Origin: Nostoc sp. PCC 7120 = FACHB-418
GTDB lineage: Bacteria; Cyanobacteriota; Cyanobacteriia; Cyanobacteriales; Nostocaceae
DNA length: 32,000 nt
Assembly: GCF_000009705.1 (NCBI RefSeq)
Contig: NC_003272.1
Location: 6,060,001 to 6,092,000, forward strand
Direction: 5' to 3'
A program made the position numbers and the translations under genes. Position 1 is the stretch's first letter. The number at the start of each line of letters is the position of its first letter. Shown here piece by piece: positions 17,381 to 27,241 of this stretch. The notes under the pieces were generated by a model that made no database searches, had not been told where the DNA came from, and was given only the letters and a program-made list of their open reading frames with translations.

Positions 17381-19672
17381 ATGCAATTCATATCTCTATC
17401 GCTTACCAGAATGCGGCACACTAGTAAGGTGATCATAGCTGTGCTGCTAATATGCTTATTAATCCGCTTGATACCTTATTTTGCGCCGATTCGTGCTGTA
17501 GATATTGCCCAAAATCAACTAGCAATGCAATTTAGCGATCGCAATGGGCTACCATTAGGAACAATACTCACCCGTGACCAAGAGCATACATCAGTAGTAC
17601 CACTAAATCAGATTTCGCCCCAATTTATCCAAGCTATTTTAGCCGCCGAAGATGGTAGTTTTTATCATCATGGGGCTTTGGACTTGAAAGCAATTGTCCG
17701 CGCCATCAAAGAAGCTATCCACGCCAAAAAAATTGTTTCCGGCGCTTCCACGATTACCATGCAGTTAGCGCGGATGTTAGAACCAGTACCCCGCAACCTG
17801 TCAGGGAAAATGCAGGAGATTTGGTTAGCGTGGCGGTTAGCAGCCGGGATGAACAAGAATGAAATCCTCTCTGCATACATCAATCGCTTGCCCATGGGAG
17901 GGAATATATATGGTGTAGAAGCAGCAGCCCGTACTTATTTTTCCATCCCAGCCAGTGAATTAAATCTTGCCCAAGCTAGTTTGTTAGCTGCCATTCCTAA
18001 TAACCCCACCTACTTTAACCCTTACGAACATTGGGAACGACTGAAGCAACGACAAAAATACGTCCTCAATCGTATGGTACAAGAAGGGTATGTGAGCAAA
18101 GACACAGCATATCGCACATCCTCAGAAAAAGTTGTGTTTCAGTCCAACCAGCGAGGAATTATCGCCGCACCACACTTTTTATTTTGGTTAGCTAATCAAA
18201 TTCCCCCCACTCCTGCTGACACAAATCAATCAGTTATCCACACAACTATCAATCGTCCTTTGCAGCAATTTGTCGAAGCACAAGTACAGCAGGTAATTTC
18301 TACTCTTTCCGCCAATAACGTTCATGATGCAGCCGCACTAGTAATTGACAACCACACAGGGGAAGTTTTAGCTTACGTCGGTTCACCGGATTACTTTAAT
18401 CAAGCCCAACTGGGACGCAATGACGGAGTGCAAGCCCTACGTCAACCAGGTTCTACCCTGAAGCCATTTGTCTATGAATTAGCATTAGAAAAGCGGTTAA
18501 TTCGCCCAAATACTATTTTGGCAGATGTCCCGACCCATTACGCCATCCCCGGCGCACAACTCTACAGCCCAACGGATTATACCGAAAACTTTCTTGGGCC
18601 TGTGCGGGTACGCATCGCCTTAGCCAATTCCCTCAATATACCAGCCGTACGCGTCTTGGAAAAAGTGAGTGTACCAACTTTCCTAGAACGTCTACATCAA
18701 CTGGGATTTGTCCATCTAAAACAAACCCCAGAATACTATGGCTTAGGTTTAACCCTGGGTAGTGGTGAAGTTAGCCTCTGGGAACTAGCCCAAGCCTACC
18801 TGACTATAGCAAGACAAGGACAACCCGCCCCCCTCATTACCACCCTTCCCCAGTCTCCAGTCCCCCATCATACCCAACCCCCAAACCCCACCATCTGGCA
18901 ATTAATCACCAACATCCTCAGCGACAGCCATGCTCGTGCTACAGCCTTCGGTGTAGATTCAGTATTAAACTTACCATTCCCCGTGGCTGTGAAAACCGGT
19001 ACATCTTCCAACTATCGTGACACTTGGACAGTCGGCTTTACCACTGATTACACCGTCGCTACCTGGGTAGGTAACTTTAACGGTGAACCCATGCGTCAAG
19101 TTTCCGGGGTGACAGGCGCAGCACCCTTGTGGAATCGGATTATGTTACATCTGCACGAATATCAAGAACCAGCCAGTTTTCTCACTCCAGCAGGTTTATT
19201 GCAACTACCAATCTGTGCAGTTTCTGGGTTACGTCCCACACCAGACTGTACTTCAGTGGTGCAAGAATATTTCTATCCCGAAGATAAAACTAGCTACGAA
19301 AGGGACACTCAGTTTACATTACCACCAGAGTATAACGAGTGGTTAGCCACGCAACAGCGATCGCAGTTTACCTCTAGCAGCCTGAGAATTTTATCTCCTC
19401 ATGAAGGCGATGTATTCTTAGTGTATCCAGGTGAAGAAACACAACAAAAATTAGAATTTAAGTTAATAGGAAATAACTCTACACCTATAGAGTGGTGGCT
19501 CAACGGTGAAAAATTGAACACCCAGTCAGCTAATTCCTTATTTTGGTCGCTGCGTCCTGGTAACTGGACTTTAGAGGCGAGAAGCGGTGAAATGAGCGAT
19601 AAGGTAAAATTCCAGGTGAAACGGGCAAGTATTAAACCGACACGTAGGGGTTTCTCGATTGGTAATTCTTAA
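17381..19672 (+). CDS. pbpC: penicillin-binding protein 1C (bifunctional GT51 glycosyltransferase / transpeptidase)
   Basis: 763-aa ORF. GT51 motifs are EDGSFYHHGALD and GASTITMQLAR. Transpeptidase motifs are STLK (SxxK), SLN (SxN) and KTGTS (KTG). The C-terminal extension is typical of PBP1C, and the gene sits next to an alpha-2-macroglobulin gene. The start could alternatively be the Met at 17411. Confidence 0.9.
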   Translation: MQFISLSLTRMRHTSKVIIAVLLICLLIRLIPYFAPIRAVDIAQNQLAMQFSDRNGLPLGTILTRDQEHTSVVPLNQISPQFIQAILAAEDGSFYHHGALDLKAIVRAIKEAIHAKKIVSGASTITMQLARMLEPVPRNLSGKMQEIWLAWRLAAGMNKNEILSAYINRLPMGGNIYGVEAAARTYFSIPASELNLAQASLLAAIPNNPTYFNPYEHWERLKQRQKYVLNRMVQEGYVSKDTAYRTSSEKVVFQSNQRGIIAAPHFLFWLANQIPPTPADTNQSVIHTTINRPLQQFVEAQVQQVISTLSANNVHDAAALVIDNHTGEVLAYVGSPDYFNQAQLGRNDGVQALRQPGSTLKPFVYELALEKRLIRPNTILADVPTHYAIPGAQLYSPTDYTENFLGPVRVRIALANSLNIPAVRVLEKVSVPTFLERLHQLGFVHLKQTPEYYGLGLTLGSGEVSLWELAQAYLTIARQGQPAPLITTLPQSPVPHHTQPPNPTIWQLITNILSDSHARATAFGVDSVLNLPFPVAVKTGTSSNYRDTWTVGFTTDYTVATWVGNFNGEPMRQVSGVTGAAPLWNRIMLHLHEYQEPASFLTPAGLLQLPICAVSGLRPTPDCTSVVQEYFYPEDKTSYERDTQFTLPPEYNEWLATQQRSQFTSSSLRILSPHEGDVFLVYPGEETQQKLEFKLIGNNSTPIEWWLNGEKLNTQSANSLFWSLRPGNWTLEARSGEMSDKVKFQVKRASIKPTRRGFSIGNS

Positions 19673-19687
19673 CTGTGAAAGAAATTT

Positions 19688-20410
19688 CTAAAGCCTACCC
19701 CCTATTCTGAAAAATTTCCCCTGACGATACCAGCTATGTAGTTGTGCTGGTGCTACACCAAGTAAATAAGCAATAATCACGACTTGATTAATCAGCGTAG
19801 TTTGAAAAACTCCCCTCTGTAACCATCTCCGTCCAGAGGTTATTACTGCTACACCCAAAACAGTAATTTTCCCAATGTGCTTTAAACGTCTCATGAGTTC
19901 AAAGTCTTCCATTATGGGCAATTCAGAAAAACCACCAACTTTCTCAAATACCGCCTTTGTCATAAAAATTGCCTGATCTCCATAGGGCATTTGGAAAAAA
20001 TGCGATCGCCAATACACCCCTTTTTCTACCCAGCGCAAACCTGCCAAGTCTGCATCTATCCGCAACGCAAAGGCGCCAGCCACCACCCCAGGCTGTTGTA
20101 ACGCGGCGCGAATCATTTCATCAAAACCAACAGGTAAACGCGTATCTGCATGGAGAAACAACAAAATTTCACCAGCAGCCAGCGCCGCACCGGTGTTCAT
20201 TTGCACCGCCCGACCAGGAGACGAGGAGATAACTTTTACACCTAAAGATTGAGCGATCGCCACTGTATCATCTTGTGAGCCGCCATCAACAACAATGACT
20301 TCTATATTTACACTAGGTTGAGTGGTGGCAATAGTTTGTTGAATATTACCCACCTCATTTAATGTCGGGATAATAATAGAAATTTTAATATTTTTCAAAT
20401 TTTGCTCCAT
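19688..20410 (-). CDS. family 2 glycosyltransferase (GT-A fold), specific function unknown
   Basis: 240-aa ORF with N-terminal ISIIIPTLNE and VVDGGSQDDT (DxD-type) motifs typical of small GT2 enzymes. It is convergent with pbpC with a 15-bp gap. Confidence 0.8.
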   Translation of the reverse strand: MEQNLKNIKISIIIPTLNEVGNIQQTIATTQPSVNIEVIVVDGGSQDDTVAIAQSLGVKVISSSPGRAVQMNTGAALAAGEILLFLHADTRLPVGFDEMIRAALQQPGVVAGAFALRIDADLAGLRWVEKGVYWRSHFFQMPYGDQAIFMTKAVFEKVGGFSELPIMEDFELMRRLKHIGKITVLGVAVITSGRRWLQRGVFQTTLINQVVIIAYLLGVAPAQLHSWYRQGKFFRIGGRL

Positions 20411-20670
20411 GATTACCTGTACTAAATTCCTTACCCAGAATTATTCATGTCACATTACCAACTTAAACAAATAATATTAAATCTTTTAGATCTGATATCA
20501 GTTGATAAATTATTCCAACCAAGATTAGCAACAGTTATAAGTCGAGTTTTATATATATTTAGTTATAAAAAACAGCCTTAAAAAGATATAATTTTACATT
20601 AAATAATTCTACTCTAGAAATGTATGTACAGTTTTATATGAGGTTGCACATAATATAAAATTCATTGATT

Positions 20671-20700
20671 TATCCGCGTCTATCTGCGTGCATCTGCGTT
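20671..20700. repeat. three tandem 10-bp units (TATCCGCGTC TATCTGCGTG CATCTGCGTT) upstream of dapL
   Basis: Read directly. The 10-bp periodicity is exact, and the block lies 86-115 bp upstream of the dapL ATG within an otherwise AT-rich spacer. Confidence 0.6.
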
Positions 20701-20785
20701 CAATTATTATCGACATAGGATTCTATACAGCTTCATATTAATTTGGTATAAGCTATTTTAGCTAGGCAATTTTTTCATCTCTACT

Positions 20786-22021
20786 ATGGCAACTATTAAC
20801 GACAACTACCTCAAACTGAAAGCAGGCTACCTATTTCCCGAAATTGCGCGGCGGGTAAATGCCTTTGCCGAAGCCAACCCTGATGCTAAGATTATTCGCT
20901 TAGGTATTGGTGATGTCACCGAACCATTGCCAGCAGCTTGCCGATCTGCCATGATTCAAGCAGTGGAAGAAATGGGCGATCGCTCTTCTTTTAAAGGTTA
21001 CGGCCCAGAACAAGGTTATGCTTGGTTACGGGAGAAAATTGCCACCCAAGATTTTCAAGCGCGGGGTGCAGATGTAGACGCTGCCGAAATCTTCATTTCC
21101 GACGGCTCTAAGTGCGATACAGGCAACATTCTCGATATTTTTGGTGATAATAACATCATTGCTGTTACCGACCCAGTTTATCCTGTGTATGTAGACACTA
21201 ATGTCATGGCGGGACATACTGGCGCGGCTAATGAGAAAGGTGAGTTTGAGGGTTTAGTTTATTTACCTGTCACCGCAGAAAATAACTTCACCGCAGAAAT
21301 TCCTTCCCAAAAAGTAGACTTAATTTATCTCTGCTTCCCCAATAACCCCACAGGTGCAACCGCCACCAAAGAACATCTCCAAGCGTGGGTAGACTATGCC
21401 AAAGCACATAACTCAATTATCTTCTTTGATGCTGCCTACGAATCTTATATCACAGACCCATCCCTACCCCATTCTATCTACGAAATTGAAGGAGCCAGAG
21501 AAGTAGCGATCGAGTTTCGTTCCTTCTCCAAGAATGCAGGCTTCACAGGTACTCGTTGCGCCTTAACCGTCGTACCCAAAACCCTAAAAGCCAAAGCCGC
21601 CGATGGTTCCGATGTGGAACTGTGGAAACTATGGAACCGTCGCCAGTCTACCAAGTTCAATGGTGTATCTTACATAGTGCAACGGGGAGCCGAAGCTGTC
21701 TACTCCGAAGCCGGACAAGCCCAAGTTAAAGCACTGGTTAGCTTCTACTTAGATAATGCCAAAATCATCCGCGAAAAACTTACAGCCGCAGGCTTATCAG
21801 TATATGGTGGTGTAAATGCACCTTACGTTTGGGTAAAAACACCCAATGGTCTTTCCAGTTGGGATTTCTTCGATCAGCTATTGCAAACCGTCAACGTAGT
21901 CGGAACACCTGGTTCTGGTTTCGGTGCAGCTGGTGAAGGCTACTTCCGTGTTTCCGCATTTAACAGCAGGGAGAATGTGGAGGAGGCAATGAAGCGAATT
22001 ACTGAGAAGTTTAAACTCTAA
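20786..22021 (+). CDS. dapL: LL-diaminopimelate aminotransferase
   Basis: 411-aa ORF. The N-terminus [21 protein letters not shown] is characteristic of DapL-type aminotransferases. The PLP-lysine region is [13 protein letters not shown]. Fold-type I aminotransferase length. Confidence 0.92.
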   Translation: MATINDNYLKLKAGYLFPEIARRVNAFAEANPDAKIIRLGIGDVTEPLPAACRSAMIQAVEEMGDRSSFKGYGPEQGYAWLREKIATQDFQARGADVDAAEIFISDGSKCDTGNILDIFGDNNIIAVTDPVYPVYVDTNVMAGHTGAANEKGEFEGLVYLPVTAENNFTAEIPSQKVDLIYLCFPNNPTGATATKEHLQAWVDYAKAHNSIIFFDAAYESYITDPSLPHSIYEIEGAREVAIEFRSFSKNAGFTGTRCALTVVPKTLKAKAADGSDVELWKLWNRRQSTKFNGVSYIVQRGAEAVYSEAGQAQVKALVSFYLDNAKIIREKLTAAGLSVYGGVNAPYVWVKTPNGLSSWDFFDQLLQTVNVVGTPGSGFGAAGEGYFRVSAFNSRENVEEAMKRITEKFKL

Positions 22022-22029
22022 GAAATCAA

Positions 22030-22046
22030 GGTGGGTAATGCCCACC
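22030..22046 (+). terminator. short GC hairpin (GGTGGG taatg CCCACC) just after the dapL stop
   Basis: Read directly, 9 nt after the stop codon. There is no immediate T-run (CATCTCTTAAAATTTT follows), so it is weak as an intrinsic terminator. Confidence 0.35.
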
Positions 22047-22133
22047 CATCTCTTAAAATTTTAGAATTAAGGACTGCCACATTCTTTTTTCAAATTGGTA
22101 CTATTTTGATTTGGTTAGAGTCATGACAAAGCA

Positions 22134-24623
22134 CTAAAGTTCACTTTTGGCAAGAGATGCACAGGTGAATGACGGTTGCACACCTGTAGGAGATTTAGCG
22201 GCAAAAAGCTCAATTTTTCCTTGGGCGTTACGATGCCAAGATGTAGCGTGGACAAAAACTTTTGGAGATTCAAGTATTTGGGCTTGTAAAGCTGGCGTTT
22301 TGTGGAATGCAGAGATATCGCGGATGTCAGACCAAGGGCGATCGCTCCTCACTTCCTGCATAGGATTTTGTGGGACACCACCCCGTCCTGTAGCGACAAA
22401 ACTACTATTATTAGTATTAGAACAGCCTGTAGCAATTTGTTGGGATGAGTCTGAGAGATTTGTTGGTAAATCTATTAAACCAGAATTAGGATCAATGCCA
22501 ACATTATTAATTTGGACTGTACCACTAACACTGAATTGGGAACTTGCGGTAATATCATTGCTCAAAACCTCTCTTGGATTGAGAAGATTACGGTACTCCA
22601 AACCGATAATTCCCTGAGTTGTGATTTGAATATTGCCCCCCTTTCCTTGTACGGCGTTGGCAATAATGTCACTATTTTCTAGACCAATCACAATGGGAGA
22701 GTTAATATTAATGTTGCCACCATTGCCATTACTACCTGCTTCGGCATTGATCAAGCTACCACGACGCATCAATAATACATCCCGCAGTTGCAGATTGATA
22801 TTGCCCCCCTCTCCAGCTTTTTTAGATGCTAGGATACTTGCATTATTGTCAAGTTTGAGGACGTTGGCATTAATTTGCAGAGTACCAGCCGTACCCAAAC
22901 CAGAATTTTCTACAAAAACCGTTGCCCCATTGGTAACATTCAAAACAGGAGTGTTTATGGTGGTGTTACCTGCATTAGCACGGGAAATTTGGGCAAATGT
23001 ACCAAAAGGACGCACAGCCGTACCGATATAGCTGGGATTGTTTGCATCCTTTACGCCATTTACATCAATCGATTCGGAAGCATTAATATTGAGTACACCA
23101 GCATTACCTAAAATTATGCTAGAAGCAGACACTCTCCCGCCAGCTTGCACTGACAATTTACGAGTATCAATCGCCAAATTTCCCGCATTACCAGACCCAA
23201 ATGTGGCAGTAGAGATGAGACTAAAATAAAAACCAGTGGGAGTTCCAGTGTTATTTACTTCAATAGTATCCGCCTTCACCGTCACATCACCCCCACTACC
23301 CACACCATAGGGTCTGGCTGCTATATTTCCCCCAGCTAAAACAGACAGCTTTTGAGTAGAGACAGAAATATTGCCGCCTTTCCCGCCTGCATAGGAAGCA
23401 GCTAATATTTGACTAACTGCTCGAAAGGCTGAAGGATCACCAACTGCAAAACCATTAACCCGCGTTTCATCGGTGTTGACGATAATATTGCCCCCTGATG
23501 CTGTGCTGAAAGTCCGGTTATAAATATAACCACCCTGATCAATATTCAATCGTGGAGTGTTAATGATAATATTCCCCGCCGCACCCAAGGCTGTACTTTC
23601 ATTCACTAAACTGCTAGAACTTTGAAAATCAGGCGACTTGCCAGTAATTTCTAAAAACTCTGAAGCATCAACAGCAATATCACCAGCTGTCTTTTGACTG
23701 CGATTTTGTACTAATATCATCGAGCCATCGCGGATACTGACTCGTTTTCCCTGGATATGGATGGCTCCTCCACTTTCCCCATTTAAATCCCGTGTCGATG
23801 CTAAGGCTCGTTGGGTGATTTGAATATTGCCAAAACTGGGAACTTGAGAATACTGGAAGGCAAATCCTTGCGGAGTAGAATTGAGAATCACATTGCCATT
23901 AGTCACACCACCCAATTCTATTAGTCCTCCTGGTGCAGAGAGCAGTCCGCCATCTAAGGCAATATCTTTGCCTAATAACGCTAGTGTTTTCCCTGGTTGT
24001 AGTTGTAATCCTCTGGAATTGAGATTTAGTCCAGAAACTTGCACTGAGTCACTTAATTGGGCATTATGTCCTGTACCTTGAACTGTAATCCCTCCTTGAT
24101 TACTACCAAATTGCAACCCAACAGGTACATTCATGGTTAACAAGGGGGATGTGTTGGTGTCTGTGCTACTAAATTTACTCCCATCCGCAAATGTAATAGT
24201 CTCAGCAGTTGTCCCGACAAATGATCCACCAATATTTAAACTGGCATGAGAACCAAAAATTATTCCTGTGGGGTTAAGTAAAAATAGATTGGCGCTGCCA
24301 TTAGTTTGAATCAAACCATCAATATTGGAAACATTACCACCAGTCACACGACTAAAAATATTTTGAATACTTGTAGGATTGTCAAATAATACAGAATCAC
24401 TTGTAGGGATAGAGAACTGACTAAAACTATGAAATAAATTATTGCCGACACGAGTACCGTTGGTAATGTTGTAAATATTACTTCCATTCACGGAAGTAGT
24501 GGCAGTAACAGAAGTATTGAGGGTATTATCTTGAGTTACTTGGGCATGAACACTATTGTTACAAACAGCAGATAAACAGATTACACTAAGCACGCCAAAC
24601 CCAACAAAAGTTAATTTCATCAA
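22134..24623 (-). CDS. TpsA-like exoprotein, paralog 1: filamentous-haemagglutinin N-terminal (TPS) domain, beta-helix repeats and a conserved C-terminal module
   Basis: 829 aa. The signal peptide ends in VHAQV. TPS-domain motifs are GNNLFHSFSQFSI and ANLFLLNPTGIIFG. Gly/Asn-rich repeats include GGNI.I and GNAGN. The C-terminal module is shared with the three neighbours. Confidence 0.88.
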   Translation of the reverse strand: MMKLTFVGFGVLSVICLSAVCNNSVHAQVTQDNTLNTSVTATTSVNGSNIYNITNGTRVGNNLFHSFSQFSIPTSDSVLFDNPTSIQNIFSRVTGGNVSNIDGLIQTNGSANLFLLNPTGIIFGSHASLNIGGSFVGTTAETITFADGSKFSSTDTNTSPLLTMNVPVGLQFGSNQGGITVQGTGHNAQLSDSVQVSGLNLNSRGLQLQPGKTLALLGKDIALDGGLLSAPGGLIELGGVTNGNVILNSTPQGFAFQYSQVPSFGNIQITQRALASTRDLNGESGGAIHIQGKRVSIRDGSMILVQNRSQKTAGDIAVDASEFLEITGKSPDFQSSSSLVNESTALGAAGNIIINTPRLNIDQGGYIYNRTFSTASGGNIIVNTDETRVNGFAVGDPSAFRAVSQILAASYAGGKGGNISVSTQKLSVLAGGNIAARPYGVGSGGDVTVKADTIEVNNTGTPTGFYFSLISTATFGSGNAGNLAIDTRKLSVQAGGRVSASSIILGNAGVLNINASESIDVNGVKDANNPSYIGTAVRPFGTFAQISRANAGNTTINTPVLNVTNGATVFVENSGLGTAGTLQINANVLKLDNNASILASKKAGEGGNINLQLRDVLLMRRGSLINAEAGSNGNGGNININSPIVIGLENSDIIANAVQGKGGNIQITTQGIIGLEYRNLLNPREVLSNDITASSQFSVSGTVQINNVGIDPNSGLIDLPTNLSDSSQQIATGCSNTNNSSFVATGRGGVPQNPMQEVRSDRPWSDIRDISAFHKTPALQAQILESPKVFVHATSWHRNAQGKIELFAAKSPTGVQPSFTCASLAKSEL

Positions 24624-24683
24624 TCAAGTTCTTGTTTTTATTACGTATCTATTGTTCCCAATTGAGTAAATTTGTAACGTTAA

Positions 24684-27161
24684 TTAATTTTCGGCTACAG
24701 CAGCACAGGTTAAGGCTGTTTGCATCTGCGAAGGGGATTTAGCTGCAACCAACTCTATTTTGCCTTGGGCATTACGTCGCCAGAAAGTAGCTTGTAAAAG
24801 GAATTTTGGGGATTTCGGTGTTTGGGCCTGTACTGGTTGTGTTGTATGGTATGCAGAGAGATCGCGGATATCAGACCAAGTGCGATCGCTCCTCAATTCC
24901 TGAGAAGGATTTTGTGGTATCCCACCCCGTCCTGTAGCGACAAAACTACTACCTTGGTTGACATCACAACCACTAGCAATTTGTTGAGATGAATCACTGA
25001 GATTTGCTGGTAGTTCAATTAAACCAGAATTGGGGTCAACACCAACATTATTAATTTCCACATTGCCGTTGAGATTGAATTGAGAACTGGCGGTAATATC
25101 ATTGGTGAGGTCATCTTTGGGGGTGAGGGTGTTACGAAATTCTAGACCAATAATGCCTTGGGTAGTGATGTCGATATTGCCACCATTTCCTTGCACTGCA
25201 TTGGCAATGATATCGCTATTTTCTAGACCAATCACATTGGGTGAGTTAATGTTAATGTTGCCACCATTGCCATTACTACCTGCTTCGGCATTGATAAAGC
25301 TACCTTGACGCATCAATAATACATCCCGCAGTTGTAGATTGATGTTACCGCCTTCCCCTGCTTTTGTAGATGCCGAAAGACTACCACCATTGTCAAGATG
25401 TAAGGTGTTTGCGTTAATTCTTAAAGTGCCGGCATCACCTAGAATCTGGTTTTGGGTAAAAACTTGTCCCTGGTTGCGAACGGTTAATTGAGGCGTATTG
25501 ATGGTGATATTACCGGCTTTGGCAGTAGAGTTGCTATTATTACTGATACCAGAAGTTGTAAACACAGTTAATGGACGGGCGATCGCTCCAATATAGCTAG
25601 GATTTTGTGGGTCTTTGATTCCATTTACATCAATTGATTCAGTGGCATTAATCGTCAGGTTGCCAGCGTTGCCAAAGTTTACAGTCGAAACTGAAACTAA
25701 ACCGCCATCTTGAATCGACAGTTTGCGCGTATTAAGCTGAAGATTGCCAGCATTCCCAGAGCCAAAAGTATTAGCTGATAACAGACTAATTAAATAAGAC
25801 CCTGGGAGGGTATTTAAGCTTGATATATCAACAGTGTCAGCACTGATTTTAACGTTGCCACCATTACCTGTAAGAAAGCTTCTCGTACCGACATTACCAC
25901 CACCAAAAATTGACAGGCGATCGCTAGAAAGCAATAAATCTCCACTTTGACCTTTACCATAAGTTGCAGCCATCAGCACGCCAAATATCGGATTAGCACT
26001 AGGATTCCCCGGTTGAATCCCACCCACTAAAACTTCATTGGCTTTAACTACGACATTACCACTGGGTGCTGAACTATAGGTACGGTTAATCATGATCGCA
26101 CCTCGATCAATGGTGAGTTTTGGGGTGATAATAGCAATATTTCCTGCTGCTCCTGCTTGCAGAGTTTCATTGACGATACCACTGGAACTTTGAAAGTTTG
26201 AGGACATACCTATCACTTGCAACGACTCTGTGGCATTGATTGTAATATCACCCGCAGTCTGGCTACCGAGATTTTGTACTACCACCAAAGAACCGTCTTG
26301 AAGACTGATTTGTTTTCCCTGAACTTGTATTGCGCCTGGAATGATGCCACGCACAGATGCTATAGCACGTCGGCTCATTTGAATATCACCAAAGCTATAG
26401 TTGTCACGAGGATAGCTCAGGGTGAATGCTGAAGAATCGACATTGATATTGACATCGCCTTGATTGACGCTTCCCAGTTCAATGCGTCCTCCTGGTGCGG
26501 ACAGAAAGCTCCCATTGAGGACAAGATTACCACCAACCAAAGCTAGTGTTTTTCCAGATGATAGCTGTAACCCATCGGTACTGGTTAATCCCGAAATCGG
26601 AGATATACCATTTAATATGTGATTGTTTCCTGTTCCCTCAACAGAAATAGTTCCTGGATTGCCGCCAAACTGTAATCCGATTGGGACACTCATAGTCAAT
26701 AAAGGAGTTGTATTGGTTTTAACTCCGCTAAATTCTGTCCCATCAGCAAACTTAATACTATTGGCTGTTGTACCAATAAACGAACCACCAATATTCAAAC
26801 TGGCATCTTTACCAAATATGATTCCACTAGGGTTGAGTAAAAATAAATTTGCAGTACCGTTAGCTTGAATTAAACCATCAATGTTGGAAACACTACCACC
26901 AGTCACACGGCTAAAAATATTTTGGATATCTGGGGCATTGTCGAAGAGTGCAGAACCTTTACTGGGAATAGAAAATTGACTGAAACTGTGAAACAGATTG
27001 TTCCCGACGCGATTCCCATTGATAATGGTGAAATCATTACCACTTTGAGAGACTTCAGTGTTGAGAGTGCTGTCAGGAATGACTTGGGCATTAACACTGC
27101 TGCAAGTTGAACATATTAAGATTCCGCCAATTAAACCAAAGCAACCAGAAGTTACTTTCAT
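24684..27161 (-). CDS. TpsA-like exoprotein, paralog 2
   Basis: 825 aa. The signal peptide ends in VNAQV. Motifs GNNLFHSFSQFSI and ANLFLLNPSGIIFG are present, with beta-helix repeats and the conserved C-terminal module (AGEGGNINLQLRDVLLMR ... GRGGIPQNP ... TCAAV). Confidence 0.88.
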   Translation of the reverse strand: MKVTSGCFGLIGGILICSTCSSVNAQVIPDSTLNTEVSQSGNDFTIINGNRVGNNLFHSFSQFSIPSKGSALFDNAPDIQNIFSRVTGGSVSNIDGLIQANGTANLFLLNPSGIIFGKDASLNIGGSFIGTTANSIKFADGTEFSGVKTNTTPLLTMSVPIGLQFGGNPGTISVEGTGNNHILNGISPISGLTSTDGLQLSSGKTLALVGGNLVLNGSFLSAPGGRIELGSVNQGDVNINVDSSAFTLSYPRDNYSFGDIQMSRRAIASVRGIIPGAIQVQGKQISLQDGSLVVVQNLGSQTAGDITINATESLQVIGMSSNFQSSSGIVNETLQAGAAGNIAIITPKLTIDRGAIMINRTYSSAPSGNVVVKANEVLVGGIQPGNPSANPIFGVLMAATYGKGQSGDLLLSSDRLSIFGGGNVGTRSFLTGNGGNVKISADTVDISSLNTLPGSYLISLLSANTFGSGNAGNLQLNTRKLSIQDGGLVSVSTVNFGNAGNLTINATESIDVNGIKDPQNPSYIGAIARPLTVFTTSGISNNSNSTAKAGNITINTPQLTVRNQGQVFTQNQILGDAGTLRINANTLHLDNGGSLSASTKAGEGGNINLQLRDVLLMRQGSFINAEAGSNGNGGNININSPNVIGLENSDIIANAVQGNGGNIDITTQGIIGLEFRNTLTPKDDLTNDITASSQFNLNGNVEINNVGVDPNSGLIELPANLSDSSQQIASGCDVNQGSSFVATGRGGIPQNPSQELRSDRTWSDIRDLSAYHTTQPVQAQTPKSPKFLLQATFWRRNAQGKIELVAAKSPSQMQTALTCAAVAEN

Positions 27162-27241
27162 TACCCCAACTCCATTAAAATTGTAGCCTTAGGATGCCCT
27201 GAATATTTTTTTACTAACGCTTCAAGTGAACTGCTTAAAAC

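Noticed and set aside
22147-22617. Long antisense ORFs inside the TpsA-like genes (22147-22617, 22633-23031, 25102-25308, 27318-27707, 29812-30063, 31012-31464), some of which look conserved between paralogs.
   Set aside because: They lie entirely within much longer, motif-rich sense ORFs. Their apparent conservation follows automatically from conservation of the sense strand. Gly/Asn/Ile-rich beta-helix coding sequence is depleted in antisense stop codons. No independent start or RBS evidence was seen.
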